Positions 49,918 through 60,307 of a DNA stretch of 64,000 nucleotides are shown piece after piece (position 1 is the stretch's first letter; every line of letters begins with the position of its first letter). The notes under the pieces were generated by a model. That model had not been told where the DNA came from. It did not search any database and saw only the letters and a list, made by a program, of their open reading frames with translations. Location of the stretch: the NCBI GenBank assembly GCA_965226375.1, contig CBDDCX010000008.1, positions 2,016,001 to 2,080,000 on the forward strand, in the 5' to 3' direction. The DNA is from Longimicrobiales bacterium. GTDB taxonomy: Bacteria; Gemmatimonadota; Gemmatimonadetes; Longimicrobiales; Gaopeijiaceae. The position numbers and the translations under genes were made by a program.

Positions 49918-52527
49918 CTACGGTCCCCCGGAACCCTCTTCCACCACTGCCTCGATCCGACTCATCTGGAACGCCGGGCTCCTTACCACTCCCAGGATGA
50001 AAGAAGAGAGCCGATAATCGTTCTCTTCCGCCGCTCTGGCGATGCTCCGAATGGTCGGCTTGTCGTAGTACTCGACCCGACGACCCAGCGCGTAGGCCAT
50101 GAGATTCTCCGTGAACGTCCGGACCAACGGAATCGGCCGGGCCAACAGCGCCTGCCTCAGGTCTTTGGGACTCGTCACGGGCGTCCCGTCATACAGCTCA
50201 CCCTGCGTGTCCAGCGGCATCCCGTTCTCGCGGATACGCCACTTGCCGGTAACGTCGAAGTTATCCAACGCCAGACCGATGGGATCCATGAACTTGTGAC
50301 ACGACGCGCACACCGGATTCGAGCGGTGCATCTCCATCCGTTCGCGGGTAGTGAGCATTCGCCCATCCACCGATCCCTCGGTCGCGTCCAGATCGGGCAC
50401 TCCGGGCGGCGGCGGCGGTGGTGGTGTCCCGAGGAGCACCTCCATGACCCACTTTCCACGAAGCACCGGCGACGTCCGGTTGGCGTGGGAGGTCAGCGTG
50501 AGAACACTCCCGTGACCCAATAGGCCCCTTCGCCGGTCGTCGGCCAACTCGACCCTGCGGAAGTGAGTTCCAACGATTCCAGGGATACCATAGTGCTTGG
50601 CGAGACGCTCGTTCACATAAGTGTAGTCGGCATTGAAGAGGTCGAAGAGACTCCGGTCCTCTCGGACGAGGCTATAGAAAAACAGCTCCGTCTCCCGCCG
50701 CATCGCATCCGCCAGCTGCTGGTGGAAGTCCGGGTACATGAGCCGATCCGGGTGGACCTTGTCCAGATCCTGCAGGCGAAGCCACTGCGCGGCGAACCTG
50801 GTGCCCAAAGCCTCTGAGCGAGGATCCGCCAAGAGTCGGCGCACCTGCTCTTCGAGCCGCTCCTCATTGGAGAGGTCGCCCTGGCGGGCCACTTCTATCA
50901 GCTCTTCGTCGGGCAGCGAACCCCATAAGAAGAACGAGAGGCGGGATGCCAAGTCCAGATCACTGATGCGGTAGCTCTCGCCTGCCTTGAAGTCTTCGGG
51001 CGGCTCTTCGAAGCGGAACACGAAGTCGGGACTCGCCAGGATCGCTTGCAGGGCCATGCCGATCCCCGATTCGAAGCCTCCGTCTTCCACACCGGCTTCG
51101 TAGAACGAGCGCAACGCAGCGAGATCGACCTCCGTGAGCGGCCGCCGGTAGGCCTGGGCTCCGAGCCTGGAGATGATTTCCTCGGCGCACACGGACTCCT
51201 CGGCCCCCGCAGTCGGACGGCAACTGAAGATCCGCTGCCGGCTGGGCGTCTCCGACACACCGGTGGGGTTGTGCGGCCCTTTCACTACCAGATCCTTCAG
51301 ATGCGCGAGGGCGGTGACCCCGTATCCGCTCACCCCGATCTGCCGGTCCGCCAACGACCAGTCGTGGGGCGACATGAGATCGTCTACGGGACCCTCGGAC
51401 CGCCGGATGAAGGCCGCCGAGACCCGCTGGGGTCCCGAGCGCACGAAGACGGGCTCTGTTTCCATGTTGACGCCGTTCGGATCCGACACGCTCATCCAGC
51501 GGTCGACCTCGAGCAGCGCCATGCGTTCACCATTGATGGACAGCTCGATCTGCTCGTTCTTCGATACCCGACCGTAGAACCCACCGGTCGTTGTGTGCTC
51601 GAAGGCCAACTTGAAGACGTACTCCCCGTCGGCGGGGAAATTATGGACGACGGACACTCCGCCGCGGGTCCCCCGAGGCGCGCCCTCCACACGGTCCCAC
51701 TGGGTCGTGTACCCCGAGTTCGTGTAGGTCGTGGAAGTCGGAATCGCGTCGGGGTCACCGATGGCCAAGCGGGTGATGGCGCCCGCCGCCCGCAGGTAGG
51801 CATCCATCAGGGTCGCCGACAATATCTGCACGTCGGCGATGTTGTCGAAGTTGGCGCTCTTGGTGTCCAGTGGCAGGTAGTCGCCCGCGTCGATGTCCAG
51901 ATCCAGAAGATCATGGATCGACCGAGTGTACTCCGCGCGGTTAAGGCGCTGGAAGGAACGACTGCCCGGATTCGGATCCTTCGCGGCCGCCTCATCGATG
52001 AGATTCTCTAGCGTCTCGACGAGCGCCAACAGCGTGTCGGGACTCGGCCGCGGGGCACCCGGTAGGGGCATCATGCCCGCCCGGAGCTTCACGATCATCT
52101 TCTCGGCCGTCTCGGCCATCTCGGGCGCCGACTCTACGGCGAAATCGGAGAGCGTCAGGTTGCCCGTAAGCATCACGTCGTTGTGACAGACTACGCAGTA
52201 CTGCTTGACCACGGCCGTGAGAGAGTCGGCGGGAATGGCCAGACCGGTCCGCGAAGCGAGCATCGTGCGCCGGGAGAACGAAGCCACCGTTCTGCTTGGG
52301 AACGCAGGCCCCGGTCCACGCACGGAAAGATCGGCGTAGCCCGTCAGATACCGCTGCAGGGCATCAGTCACGGAGCTGGACACTCCGTTATCTGCGTGGG
52401 CGGCGGCGGGCACAGCCGAGGTCACACGAGAGGCCTGCATGCTCTGCGCCCCTGCGGCCCCCGGCAGGGCCGTCAGGGAGCCGAGAACGAATAGGGCTCC
52501 AACTGCTGACGTGCGCGGTGTCTTCAT
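49918..52527 (-). CDS. DUF1592/1588/1585/1587/1595 (PSD) diheme c-type cytochrome-like protein, cassette A
   Basis: CVVCH and CASCH, RLNRAEY, LASRLSFFLW, RTSPVLRGKW, PPPPPP and MDPIGLALDNFD. The probable true start is ATG 52527; the upstream part of the ORF-track call is the shifted tail of the ankyrin gene. Confidence 0.92.
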   Translation of the reverse strand: MKTPRTSAVGALFVLGSLTALPGAAGAQSMQASRVTSAVPAAAHADNGVSSSVTDALQRYLTGYADLSVRGPGPAFPSRTVASFSRRTMLASRTGLAIPADSLTAVVKQYCVVCHNDVMLTGNLTLSDFAVESAPEMAETAEKMIVKLRAGMMPLPGAPRPSPDTLLALVETLENLIDEAAAKDPNPGSRSFQRLNRAEYTRSIHDLLDLDIDAGDYLPLDTKSANFDNIADVQILSATLMDAYLRAAGAITRLAIGDPDAIPTSTTYTNSGYTTQWDRVEGAPRGTRGGVSVVHNFPADGEYVFKLAFEHTTTGGFYGRVSKNEQIELSINGERMALLEVDRWMSVSDPNGVNMETEPVFVRSGPQRVSAAFIRRSEGPVDDLMSPHDWSLADRQIGVSGYGVTALAHLKDLVVKGPHNPTGVSETPSRQRIFSCRPTAGAEESVCAEEIISRLGAQAYRRPLTEVDLAALRSFYEAGVEDGGFESGIGMALQAILASPDFVFRFEEPPEDFKAGESYRISDLDLASRLSFFLWGSLPDEELIEVARQGDLSNEERLEEQVRRLLADPRSEALGTRFAAQWLRLQDLDKVHPDRLMYPDFHQQLADAMRRETELFFYSLVREDRSLFDLFNADYTYVNERLAKHYGIPGIVGTHFRRVELADDRRRGLLGHGSVLTLTSHANRTSPVLRGKWVMEVLLGTPPPPPPPGVPDLDATEGSVDGRMLTTRERMEMHRSNPVCASCHKFMDPIGLALDNFDVTGKWRIRENGMPLDTQGELYDGTPVTSPKDLRQALLARPIPLVRTFTENLMAYALGRRVEYYDKPTIRSIARAAEENDYRLSSFILGVVRSPAFQMSRIEAVVEEGSGGP

Positions 52528-52613
52528 CGGCCTTTTCGTGCAAGGTAATGCGCCAAGATACGCCATCACAGGCCTCAACCGCGACCCTCTCCTTCCGTAT
52601 GACCCGGAGAACT

Positions 52614-54410
52614 TCAGCACGACACGCAGTTGTGGTTGTTGATGGCCCCGAGGCTTTCCAGGAGTTCGACCGTCTCCGGAAAAGGCTGAATGCGCTGCAC
52701 GGGGCCGTTGGCCATGTCCACCGTCGTCTGCCCGCGCCGGCTCACGGCCATGACGTCGGCCCCCCCGCTCCACCAGGTAGCGAATCAATTCGTTATCACC
52801 GCCGCAGCAGCGTGATGAACCGCGTTGTATCCGTTGTGATCCGGTACGTTAACGTCGGCGCCGAGTTCTTCGATGAGATACCTCATGGTTGGGAGCCATC
52901 CGTTGGGCGCGTGTCGGTGGGAGTTGCCCGCGAAGCCTTCACCATACCCCACACCTGAAGCTGCGTGGACGGGCCAAACCGCGGCCCCTCCCACTCGAAC
53001 CGGCGGTAGCCCGGAAGGATCCTCCCCCTCAGGACTAGCCCGCCGACGCCGTGCGGGCGGCTTGACCGTCGGAACATTCGGGTCGGCGCCGTAGGCCACG
53101 AGCATCTTCATGGCCTCGACGTCAGTGGCGTACGCCGCCCTCCAAAACGGGGTCGCCCCCGCAGTATTCACGCGCAGAAGGTCGAACGTGTACGACATGT
53201 ACCAGAGGTGCTTCCGGAGCCGGACGTTGGGATCGGCCTCAGCTTCCAACAGTGCCCGCATCACGTCCAAGTAGGTGGCCTGCTGCTGTTGATAGGCCTG
53301 CTGCTGCGGGTAGCGGGCCTTGGGCGCCCAATGTGTGTTGATGGCCGTAAACAACGGGGTTCCGCCCGCGTCACTGGTGATGTTCGGGTCTGCGCCGCGC
53401 TCCAGAAGCAGCAGAGCCAGATCGAAGTGCCCGTTGATCGTGGCCATGAGCATTGGGCTCGTGTGATCCCCGGCGCTGACCTGATCGATGTCCGCCCCGC
53501 CGGCGAGGAGCGCCAGGGCGGTCTCTATCTGCCCTTCCCTTGCCGCGTGGAGGAGAGCTGTCAGGCCACCTTGTGTTCCGACCAATCCTGTAAAGCCGGG
53601 AAACTCCTCAGACTGCGGGTCGATCTCCTCGTCCTTTTCCTCGGCGTCGCTCAGAGTCCGCTGCACGTTTTGTGCTGCATTGACCGCGGTCCGGACCTGC
53701 GCGGGCGTGGGTCGCCAATTGAGGTTTCCGGCCGCGTGCTCCGCGCGGAAATCGTCCAGGACTTGATCCCGGACCTCGCCCGCCGCGTCGTCTACCCCGG
53801 CCCGGGCCGGAATGTCGATGACCCGGGTCGTGATCGAAGCGTCGGCCCCGTGCCGTAGCAGCGTGTTCACGACGGCCACCCGGCCGTACGCGGAGGAGAA
53901 CATGAGCGATGTCTGCCCCCACTCGGACTCCGCGACGTCTACCGCAGCGCCGTGTTCCAACAAGGCCGCAACCGCTGGCTCGCTGCCTGCCGCGGCGGCC
54001 AGATGGAGAGGTGTAGCGCTGCCGGTGGACGTGGTCGCACCGGGATCGGCACCTGCTTCGAGGAGTGCTGATACGGCCGAAGCACTTCCCGATCGCGCCG
54101 CCAGGTGCAGCGGGGTGTAGGCGCCGTTGCGCGTTACGAGCTCCGATTCGGCGCCTGATTCGAGCAGCATCCGCACGAGCTCCGCACTCCCGATCTCGGC
54201 GGCCCAGTGCAACGCGGTCATGCCATCCCCCTGGGGGGCGTTCACGTCCAGGCCACGTTCGATCAAGGAGCGTACCTGTTCCGCATCACCCCGCATGGCC
54301 GCGTCTGCGATGGGCGACTCCGCGACAGCCGCTCCCGATAGCAACCCACCCAGTATCAGTGCAGCGACCGTCCGAAGCGGCCGCCTCGCGCGCGAGATAC
54401 GCTCATCCAT
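52614..54410 (-). CDS. Exported ankyrin-repeat protein, cassette B (two compensating frameshifts near the 3' end)
   Basis: Paralog of 46707-48485. A base is missing near 52802 and there is an extra C in the C7 run at 52760-52766; correcting both restores HHAAARGDNELIRYLVERGADV..NNHNCVSC. Confidence 0.88.
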
Positions 54411-54429
54411 CGGGAATCGAGTCCTCCCC

Positions 54430-55818
54430 TCAGACCTTCAAGGAGTAGGGCTCCGTGCTGTCCCCGAAGCTCTCGATGTCGTCGAGACCGAGGCCATGCA
54501 TCAGGCTCAACATCACATTGGCCATGGGCGTTCCGTCGGGTGCCCGAAGGTGAGCACCTCCCTCGAGCTTGCCGTTCGCGCCCCCTAGCAAAATGAGCGG
54601 GCACCTGGGGTGGTTGTGCAGATTCCCGTCGGCCATCGGGGACCCGAAGACGATCATCGTCTTGTCCAGCAGGTTGGAGTCACCCTCCTCGATGCTCGCC
54701 AGCTTGTCGAGGAAATACGGGAGCATGCTCACGTGATATCGGTTGATCTCGAAGAAGTCCCTGATGGCGTCTTCATTGCCGCCGTGGTGCGACGCCGGGT
54801 GGAACGGCTTGTCCACACCGCTCTCCGGGTACACGCGCCCCGAAGCGTCACGCCCGGTCTTGAATGAGAAGACCCTGGTCATGTCCGATGCGAAGGCCAA
54901 AGCCTGAAGATCGAACATCAGCTTCATGTGCTCCTCGAAGGAGTCCGGTACCCCGGCCGGCGCCTCAGGCAATTCCCGCATCTCACCACTCGCGTTTCGG
55001 GCCTCGACACTCTCGATGCGCCGCTCGAGCTCTCTTACGTCTTCGAGGTACCGGTCGAGCCTCTCGCGGTCGTTGGGGCCCAGTTCCCTCTTCAAGTAGG
55101 CCACCTCATCGACGATCCAGTCGAGAATGCTACGGTTGGTGCGCCGGCGGGCAGCCCGCTCCTCGGGTGAGCCCCCTGCTCCGAAGATCAGGTCGAAGGC
55201 AACCCGCGGATCCCGGATCATGGGAAGCGGCTCGGTGGGCGAAGCCCAACTGATAGTATCCGTGTAGACGCACGCGTAGCCGTAGGCACATCCGCCGGAC
55301 TGATCGACGTTCTCTATACAGAGCTGCATGGACGGGATCGGCGTGTCCTGCCCGAATCGTTGCGCGTAGAGCTGATCCATAGAGGGCCCCACGTGGACGT
55401 CGGAGCCACGAGTCTGCTTGGGAATGGGCCTGAGTCAGGAATACCGCGCTGGACCGAAAGTGATCTCCCCCAATCTCGCCTGGCAGAACCGCCTCGGCCC
55501 CCCGAGCATCCGTGTTGCTCACGATGGTCAGATAGTCGCGGTATGCCTCGAGAGGACTCAGCGCGCTGGGGCCCAGATCGAAGTCACGCCCCACCACTTC
55601 CGGGGCCCACATGTTCTGCGTACTCCCCCACTCGTTGCAGCCGGCAGCCCGTGGACCAACTCGATGGCCACCAGACGCGTGCCATCTGTGGCAGGCTCAG
55701 CCCTGGCCCAAAGGCGTCCCGCGGGCACCATAGCATCGAGGAACGGCAAGGCCACCGTCGCGCCCGCCCCACGGATAAAGGTGCGGCGGGGGATATGCCT
55801 TCCGGTGATGAATTCCAT
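54430..55818 (-). CDS. DUF1552 (HxxSHH) protein with Tat signal, cassette B (two compensating frameshifts)
   Basis: Split over ORFs 55558-55818, 55130-55612 and 54430-55392, with a -1 indel near 55649 and a +1 indel near 55424. Confidence 0.88.
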
Positions 55819-55841
55819 GCTTCCGTTCTCCTCGGAGTCGG

Positions 55842-58469
55842 CTAGAGGCCCTCGGGCGCGCCGTCCTCTTCGACGACGACCTGGACTCGCTGCATCTGGA
55901 AGGCGTCACTCATGACCACACCCGTGATGAACGCCGACATTCGGTAGTCCTGCCCTTTCGCTTCTTCGACAATGGCCCGAATCGTGGGCTGGTCGAAGTA
56001 CTCCACGCGCCGGCCCAACGCATAGGCCATGAGGTTCTCCGTGAACGTTCTGATCAAAGGCTCGGGCCGCTTGAGCAGAGCCTGACGGAGATCCCGGGAA
56101 TTCTCCACCGGCGTGCCGTCGTACATCTCACCCCGGGTGTCCAACGGCATGCCGTTCTTCCGGATACGCCACTTACCCGTGACGTCGAAGTTGTCCAGCG
56201 CCAGCCCGATGGGATCCATGAACCTGTGACAGGAGCTGCACACCGGGTTCGAGCGGTGCATCTCCATGCGCTCCCTGGTCGTGAGCAGTCGGTTGCCGCT
56301 GGAGCCCTCGGTCTCCTCTAGATCGGGCACACCGGGAGGTGGGGGCGGTGGCGGCGTACCGAGCAAGACTTCCATGACCCACTTGCCCCTGAGCACCGGA
56401 GATGTCCGTCCGGCATGTGAGGTCAGGGTGAGCACGCTGCCGTGCCCCAGCAAGCCACGCCGCCGGTCGTCCGGATAGGAGACTCGCCGGAAGCGGTTCC
56501 CGATCACCCCGGGAATGTCGTAGTGCCCAGCCAGGCGCTCATTCACATAAGTGTAGTCCGCCGTGTAGAGATCGAAGGCGCTGCGGTCCTCCCTGACAAG
56601 ACTGTTGAAGAACAGCTCGGTCTCCCGCCGCATCGCGGTGGCCAGCTGCTCGTCGAAGTCGGGAAACCAGAAGGAATCCGGATGGACCTTGTCCAGATCC
56701 TGGAGTCGGAGCCATTGGGCGGCAAAGCGTGGACCGAGCACCTCGGATCGTGGATCCTGAAGCATGCGCCGCACCTGGGCCGCCAAAACTTCCGGATCGG
56801 AGAGTTCGCCCCGACTCGCCAGGTCCGAGAGCTGCTGGTCCGGCGGCGAGCCCCACAGGAAGAACGAGAGCCGGGTCGCCAGATCCTGGTCCCCGATGCG
56901 GTAGTCGCGTCCCGGGGCGGTGGGTCCTACCGGCTCCTCGAAGCGGAACACGAAGTGGGGGCTGGCCAGGATCGCCTGCAACGCGGTTCTGATGCCGACC
57001 TCGAAGCCTCCGGCCTCGCCCCCCTCCTCGTAGAAGGACATCAGGATGCCGAGATCCCGGGCGGCGAGTGGCCGCCGGTAGGCCTTGGTGGCCAGCCTCT
57101 CGACGATCTCCTCGGCACACATCAGTTCTTGATCGAGCGCTTCAGGATAGCAGCTGAAGATCTCCCGACGGCTCACGGTCTCCGAGACTCCCGTGACGTT
57201 GTTCGGACCCCCGATGACGAGATCGCGCAGGTGCGGGAGAAGGGTCAGCCCGTATCCGCTGATGCCCGTGTGTCGATCGGCGAGGGACCAGTCGTGAGGC
57301 GACATCAGGTCCTCCACCGGACCCTCGGTCCGCTTGAGGAACGCCGCCGTGACGCGTTGGGGACCGGCTCGCACGGAGATCGGCTCGGTCTTCATCGCGA
57401 TGACGTCTGCGTCGTCGAAGGTCATCCACTGGTCCACATCGATGAGCGCCGCCCGCTCTCCGTTGATGGATACCTCGATCGCCTCGAACCGGGCTATCTG
57501 ACCCGAGAAGCCGGCGCCCGTGGTCGTGTGCTCTAGCGTCATGGTGAAGACGTAGTCACCGTCGGCCGGAAAGATGTGCTCCAGGGAGATGCCGCCCCGC
57601 GTCCCGAACGGAGCACCCTCCACCCGCTCGGTCTGCGAGGCGTAGCCCGAGATGGTGTACTTGCGGTCACTCGAGACCGCGTCAGGATCGCCCACCGCCA
57701 ACCGGCTGATCTCGCTGGCCCCGTTGAGATAGGAGTCCAGGAGCGTGGGCGACATCATCTGCACGTCGGCGATGTTGTCGAAGTTGGCGCTCTTGGTATC
57801 CAGCGGCAGGTAGTCGCCCGCATCGATGTCCAATCCCAACAGGTCCCGGACGGAGCTCTCGTATTCTGCGCGATTGAGACGCTGGAAGGTCCGGCCACCC
57901 GGGTTGGGAGCAACGGCCGCAGCCTCGTCGATGAGTGTCTCGAGGGTCTCGACCAGGGCGAGCAGCGTGTCGGGGCTCGGCCGCGGAGCACCAGGGATCG
58001 GCATCATGCCGGCTCGGAGCTTCACGATCATCTTCTCGGCGATCTCAGCCATTTCGGGAGCCGACGCGACGTCGAAGTCAGAGAGCGTGAGGTTGCCGGT
58101 GAGCATTACGTCGTTGTGGCAGACCACACAGTATTGCTTCACGACCGCGTTCAAGGAGTCGGCAGGAATCGCAGGTACGCCGTTCAGAACGGGAGGCCCG
58201 AGTCGAGCGAGCGCGGGCGACCCGAGGCGATTGAGCGTGGACGACCCGAAGCGGTCGAGCGCTAGCGCACCGGATCGACCGAGCAAGACCGGTGCGGGGC
58301 CCCTTTCGGTCGGCCCGGCGTAGAGGCCGAGATAGCTTCGGAGCGTGGCGTCCAGGGCGCCAACGGCCGTCGTCTCCTGCGCCGACGCCTGCCAGGAATG
58401 ATCCAGCGGACACCCCAGGAAGAACAGAATCGCCAGGGAAGCCGTGGCGCCCACCCTCCTTTTCAGCAC
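55842..58469 (-). CDS. DUF1592-family diheme c-type cytochrome-like protein, cassette B
   Basis: CVVCH and CSSCH plus the same PSD motifs; start overlaps the stop of ankyrin C. Confidence 0.92.
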   Translation of the reverse strand: MLKRRVGATASLAILFFLGCPLDHSWQASAQETTAVGALDATLRSYLGLYAGPTERGPAPVLLGRSGALALDRFGSSTLNRLGSPALARLGPPVLNGVPAIPADSLNAVVKQYCVVCHNDVMLTGNLTLSDFDVASAPEMAEIAEKMIVKLRAGMMPIPGAPRPSPDTLLALVETLETLIDEAAAVAPNPGGRTFQRLNRAEYESSVRDLLGLDIDAGDYLPLDTKSANFDNIADVQMMSPTLLDSYLNGASEISRLAVGDPDAVSSDRKYTISGYASQTERVEGAPFGTRGGISLEHIFPADGDYVFTMTLEHTTTGAGFSGQIARFEAIEVSINGERAALIDVDQWMTFDDADVIAMKTEPISVRAGPQRVTAAFLKRTEGPVEDLMSPHDWSLADRHTGISGYGLTLLPHLRDLVIGGPNNVTGVSETVSRREIFSCYPEALDQELMCAEEIVERLATKAYRRPLAARDLGILMSFYEEGGEAGGFEVGIRTALQAILASPHFVFRFEEPVGPTAPGRDYRIGDQDLATRLSFFLWGSPPDQQLSDLASRGELSDPEVLAAQVRRMLQDPRSEVLGPRFAAQWLRLQDLDKVHPDSFWFPDFDEQLATAMRRETELFFNSLVREDRSAFDLYTADYTYVNERLAGHYDIPGVIGNRFRRVSYPDDRRRGLLGHGSVLTLTSHAGRTSPVLRGKWVMEVLLGTPPPPPPPGVPDLEETEGSSGNRLLTTRERMEMHRSNPVCSSCHRFMDPIGLALDNFDVTGKWRIRKNGMPLDTRGEMYDGTPVENSRDLRQALLKRPEPLIRTFTENLMAYALGRRVEYFDQPTIRAIVEEAKGQDYRMSAFITGVVMSDAFQMQRVQVVVEEDGAPEGL
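58191..58262. repeat. Three degenerate in-frame 24-bp tandem repeats in the N-terminal linker
   Basis: Encode ALDRFGSS / TLNRLGSP / ALARLGPP. Confidence 0.7.
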
Positions 58470-60307
58470 GATACGCAGTTGTGGTTGTTGATCGCGCCGA
58501 GGCTCTCCAGGAGGGCCACCGTCTCCGGGAACGGCTGGATGCGCTGTACCGGACCGTTGGCCATGTCGACCGTGGTCTGCCCCCGGCGGCTCACGCCGGT
58601 CACGTCGGCACCCTGCTCCACCAGATACCGGATCAACTCGTTGTCACCGCGGGCCGCCGCATGGTGGACCGCCGTGTAACCGTTCTCGTCCCGGACGTTC
58701 ACGTCGGCCCCGTGCTCCTCGACGAGATACTTCAGGGCGGGCAGCCAGCCGTCGATGACGTGGCGGTGTGAGTTGGCGGCGAACCCCTCTCCATACCCCA
58801 CGCCCGAGGCCGCGTGGATCGGCCACGCTCCGGGCCCACCCACCGGAACGGGTGGCAGTCCCGAGAGATCCTCTCCGCGAGGGGGGCGACGCGGGGGCAG
58901 CTTGGTGGTAGGGACGTTCGGGTCGGCACCGTACGACACCAGCACGCGCATCGCCTCGACGTCCAGAGCGAACGCGGCTCGCCAGAAGGGTGTGGCGCCG
59001 GCCCTGGTCACCCTCAACAGATCGTTGTTGTACGTGGTATACCACAACGGCTTCACCAGACGGGCATTGGGGTCGACGCCGGCGTCGAGGAGGGCCTCCA
59101 TGACGTCCATGTAGGTCGCCTGTTGCTGCATGTAGTCCGTCGTCTGCGGATGCCGAGACTTGGGAGCCCAGTGCATGTTGAGCACGGCGTAGAGCGGAGT
59201 CGCCCCCGCGTCACTGGCCAGAGTGGGGTCAGCCCCCCGTTCGAGCAGCGTCATCACCAGATCGAAGTGGCCGTTGATCGCGGCGATGAGCATGGGACTG
59301 GTGCGGTCGGCGGCACTCATCGCGTCGACGTCGGCTCCTGCCTCGAGAAGAGCCAGGGAGACTTCCTCATGGCCCTCGCGAACAGCAAGCAGCAGAGCCG
59401 TGAGGCCACCATGGCTGCCCACCAGGTCGGCATAGGAGAGGGGATCGATCTCGGTGGTGCCCCGCAATTCCACCTCCTGGGGTAATTCCCGTGTGCCGGC
59501 AGGTGGCGGATCCGCCGGCGACGTGACTCCCGACGCCGCACCAACGGGCTGCCGCCCCACCGCGGCCGGCTGACTCGGTGCGGCCCCGCCCCCCGGAACC
59601 TGAGCCCGAGTCTCGGGCCCCAGCGCACTCTGCGCCTCCTGTAGCTCCGCCAAGGCCCGGTTACGGCGGCCACGAGCGATCCGATCTTCCTCTTCGCGCG
59701 TCGTAATATCCACGACCTTTGCGATCAGCTCCGGATCGGCACCACCCTCGAGGAGCGCGTGGACAGCTACTACCCGGTTCGCCGCCGCCGCAAACATGAG
59801 AGGCGTTTGCCCCCACTGGGATTCCCGGGCGTCCACCTCCGCACCGTGCTCTAGTAGAGCGACGACCATAGCGGCGCTACCCGAGGCCGCCGCGAAATGG
59901 AGAGCAGTCGCTCCGCCGGTGCTCGTACGAGCTCGGGGATCTGCTCCGGCGGCCAGAAGCCCCTCCACCACCGCCGGCTGTGCTGCCCTACTCGCCAGGT
60001 GCAGCGGTGTATAGTCCCCGATCCGCGTTATCGCGCTCGGATTCGCACCGGCGTAGATCAGGACATCGACCATGTCGGCGTCACCGGCTTCAGCGGCCCA
60101 GTGCAGGGCCGTCATCCCGTCACCCTGGGCCGCATTGACGTCCGCCCCCTGGCGGAGCAGTGTGCGCACCATCTGCAGATCGCCCCTCATGGCGGCGTCG
60201 GCCACAGGCGAATCGGCGACGCTCATCCAGATCAGCGCCGTCAAGCAGAACGCAACAGCAATGTTCACCCGAAGCGTGCTGCTCATCGGGCGAAGGATGT
60301 GTGTCAT
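58463..60307 (-). CDS. Exported ankyrin-repeat protein, cassette C
   Basis: Paralog of A and B with a Pro/Ala-rich central linker and C-terminal NCVSC. Confidence 0.93.
   Translation of the reverse strand: MTHILRPMSSTLRVNIAVAFCLTALIWMSVADSPVADAAMRGDLQMVRTLLRQGADVNAAQGDGMTALHWAAEAGDADMVDVLIYAGANPSAITRIGDYTPLHLASRAAQPAVVEGLLAAGADPRARTSTGGATALHFAAASGSAAMVVALLEHGAEVDARESQWGQTPLMFAAAANRVVAVHALLEGGADPELIAKVVDITTREEEDRIARGRRNRALAELQEAQSALGPETRAQVPGGGAAPSQPAAVGRQPVGAASGVTSPADPPPAGTRELPQEVELRGTTEIDPLSYADLVGSHGGLTALLLAVREGHEEVSLALLEAGADVDAMSAADRTSPMLIAAINGHFDLVMTLLERGADPTLASDAGATPLYAVLNMHWAPKSRHPQTTDYMQQQATYMDVMEALLDAGVDPNARLVKPLWYTTYNNDLLRVTRAGATPFWRAAFALDVEAMRVLVSYGADPNVPTTKLPPRRPPRGEDLSGLPPVPVGGPGAWPIHAASGVGYGEGFAANSHRHVIDGWLPALKYLVEEHGADVNVRDENGYTAVHHAAARGDNELIRYLVEQGADVTGVSRRGQTTVDMANGPVQRIQPFPETVALLESLGAINNHNCVSC

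Noticed and set aside
52528..52788. N-terminal extension of the 956-aa ORF (an apparent ankyrin-DUF1592 fusion)
   Set aside because: It is the frameshifted tail of ankyrin B plus intergenic DNA.
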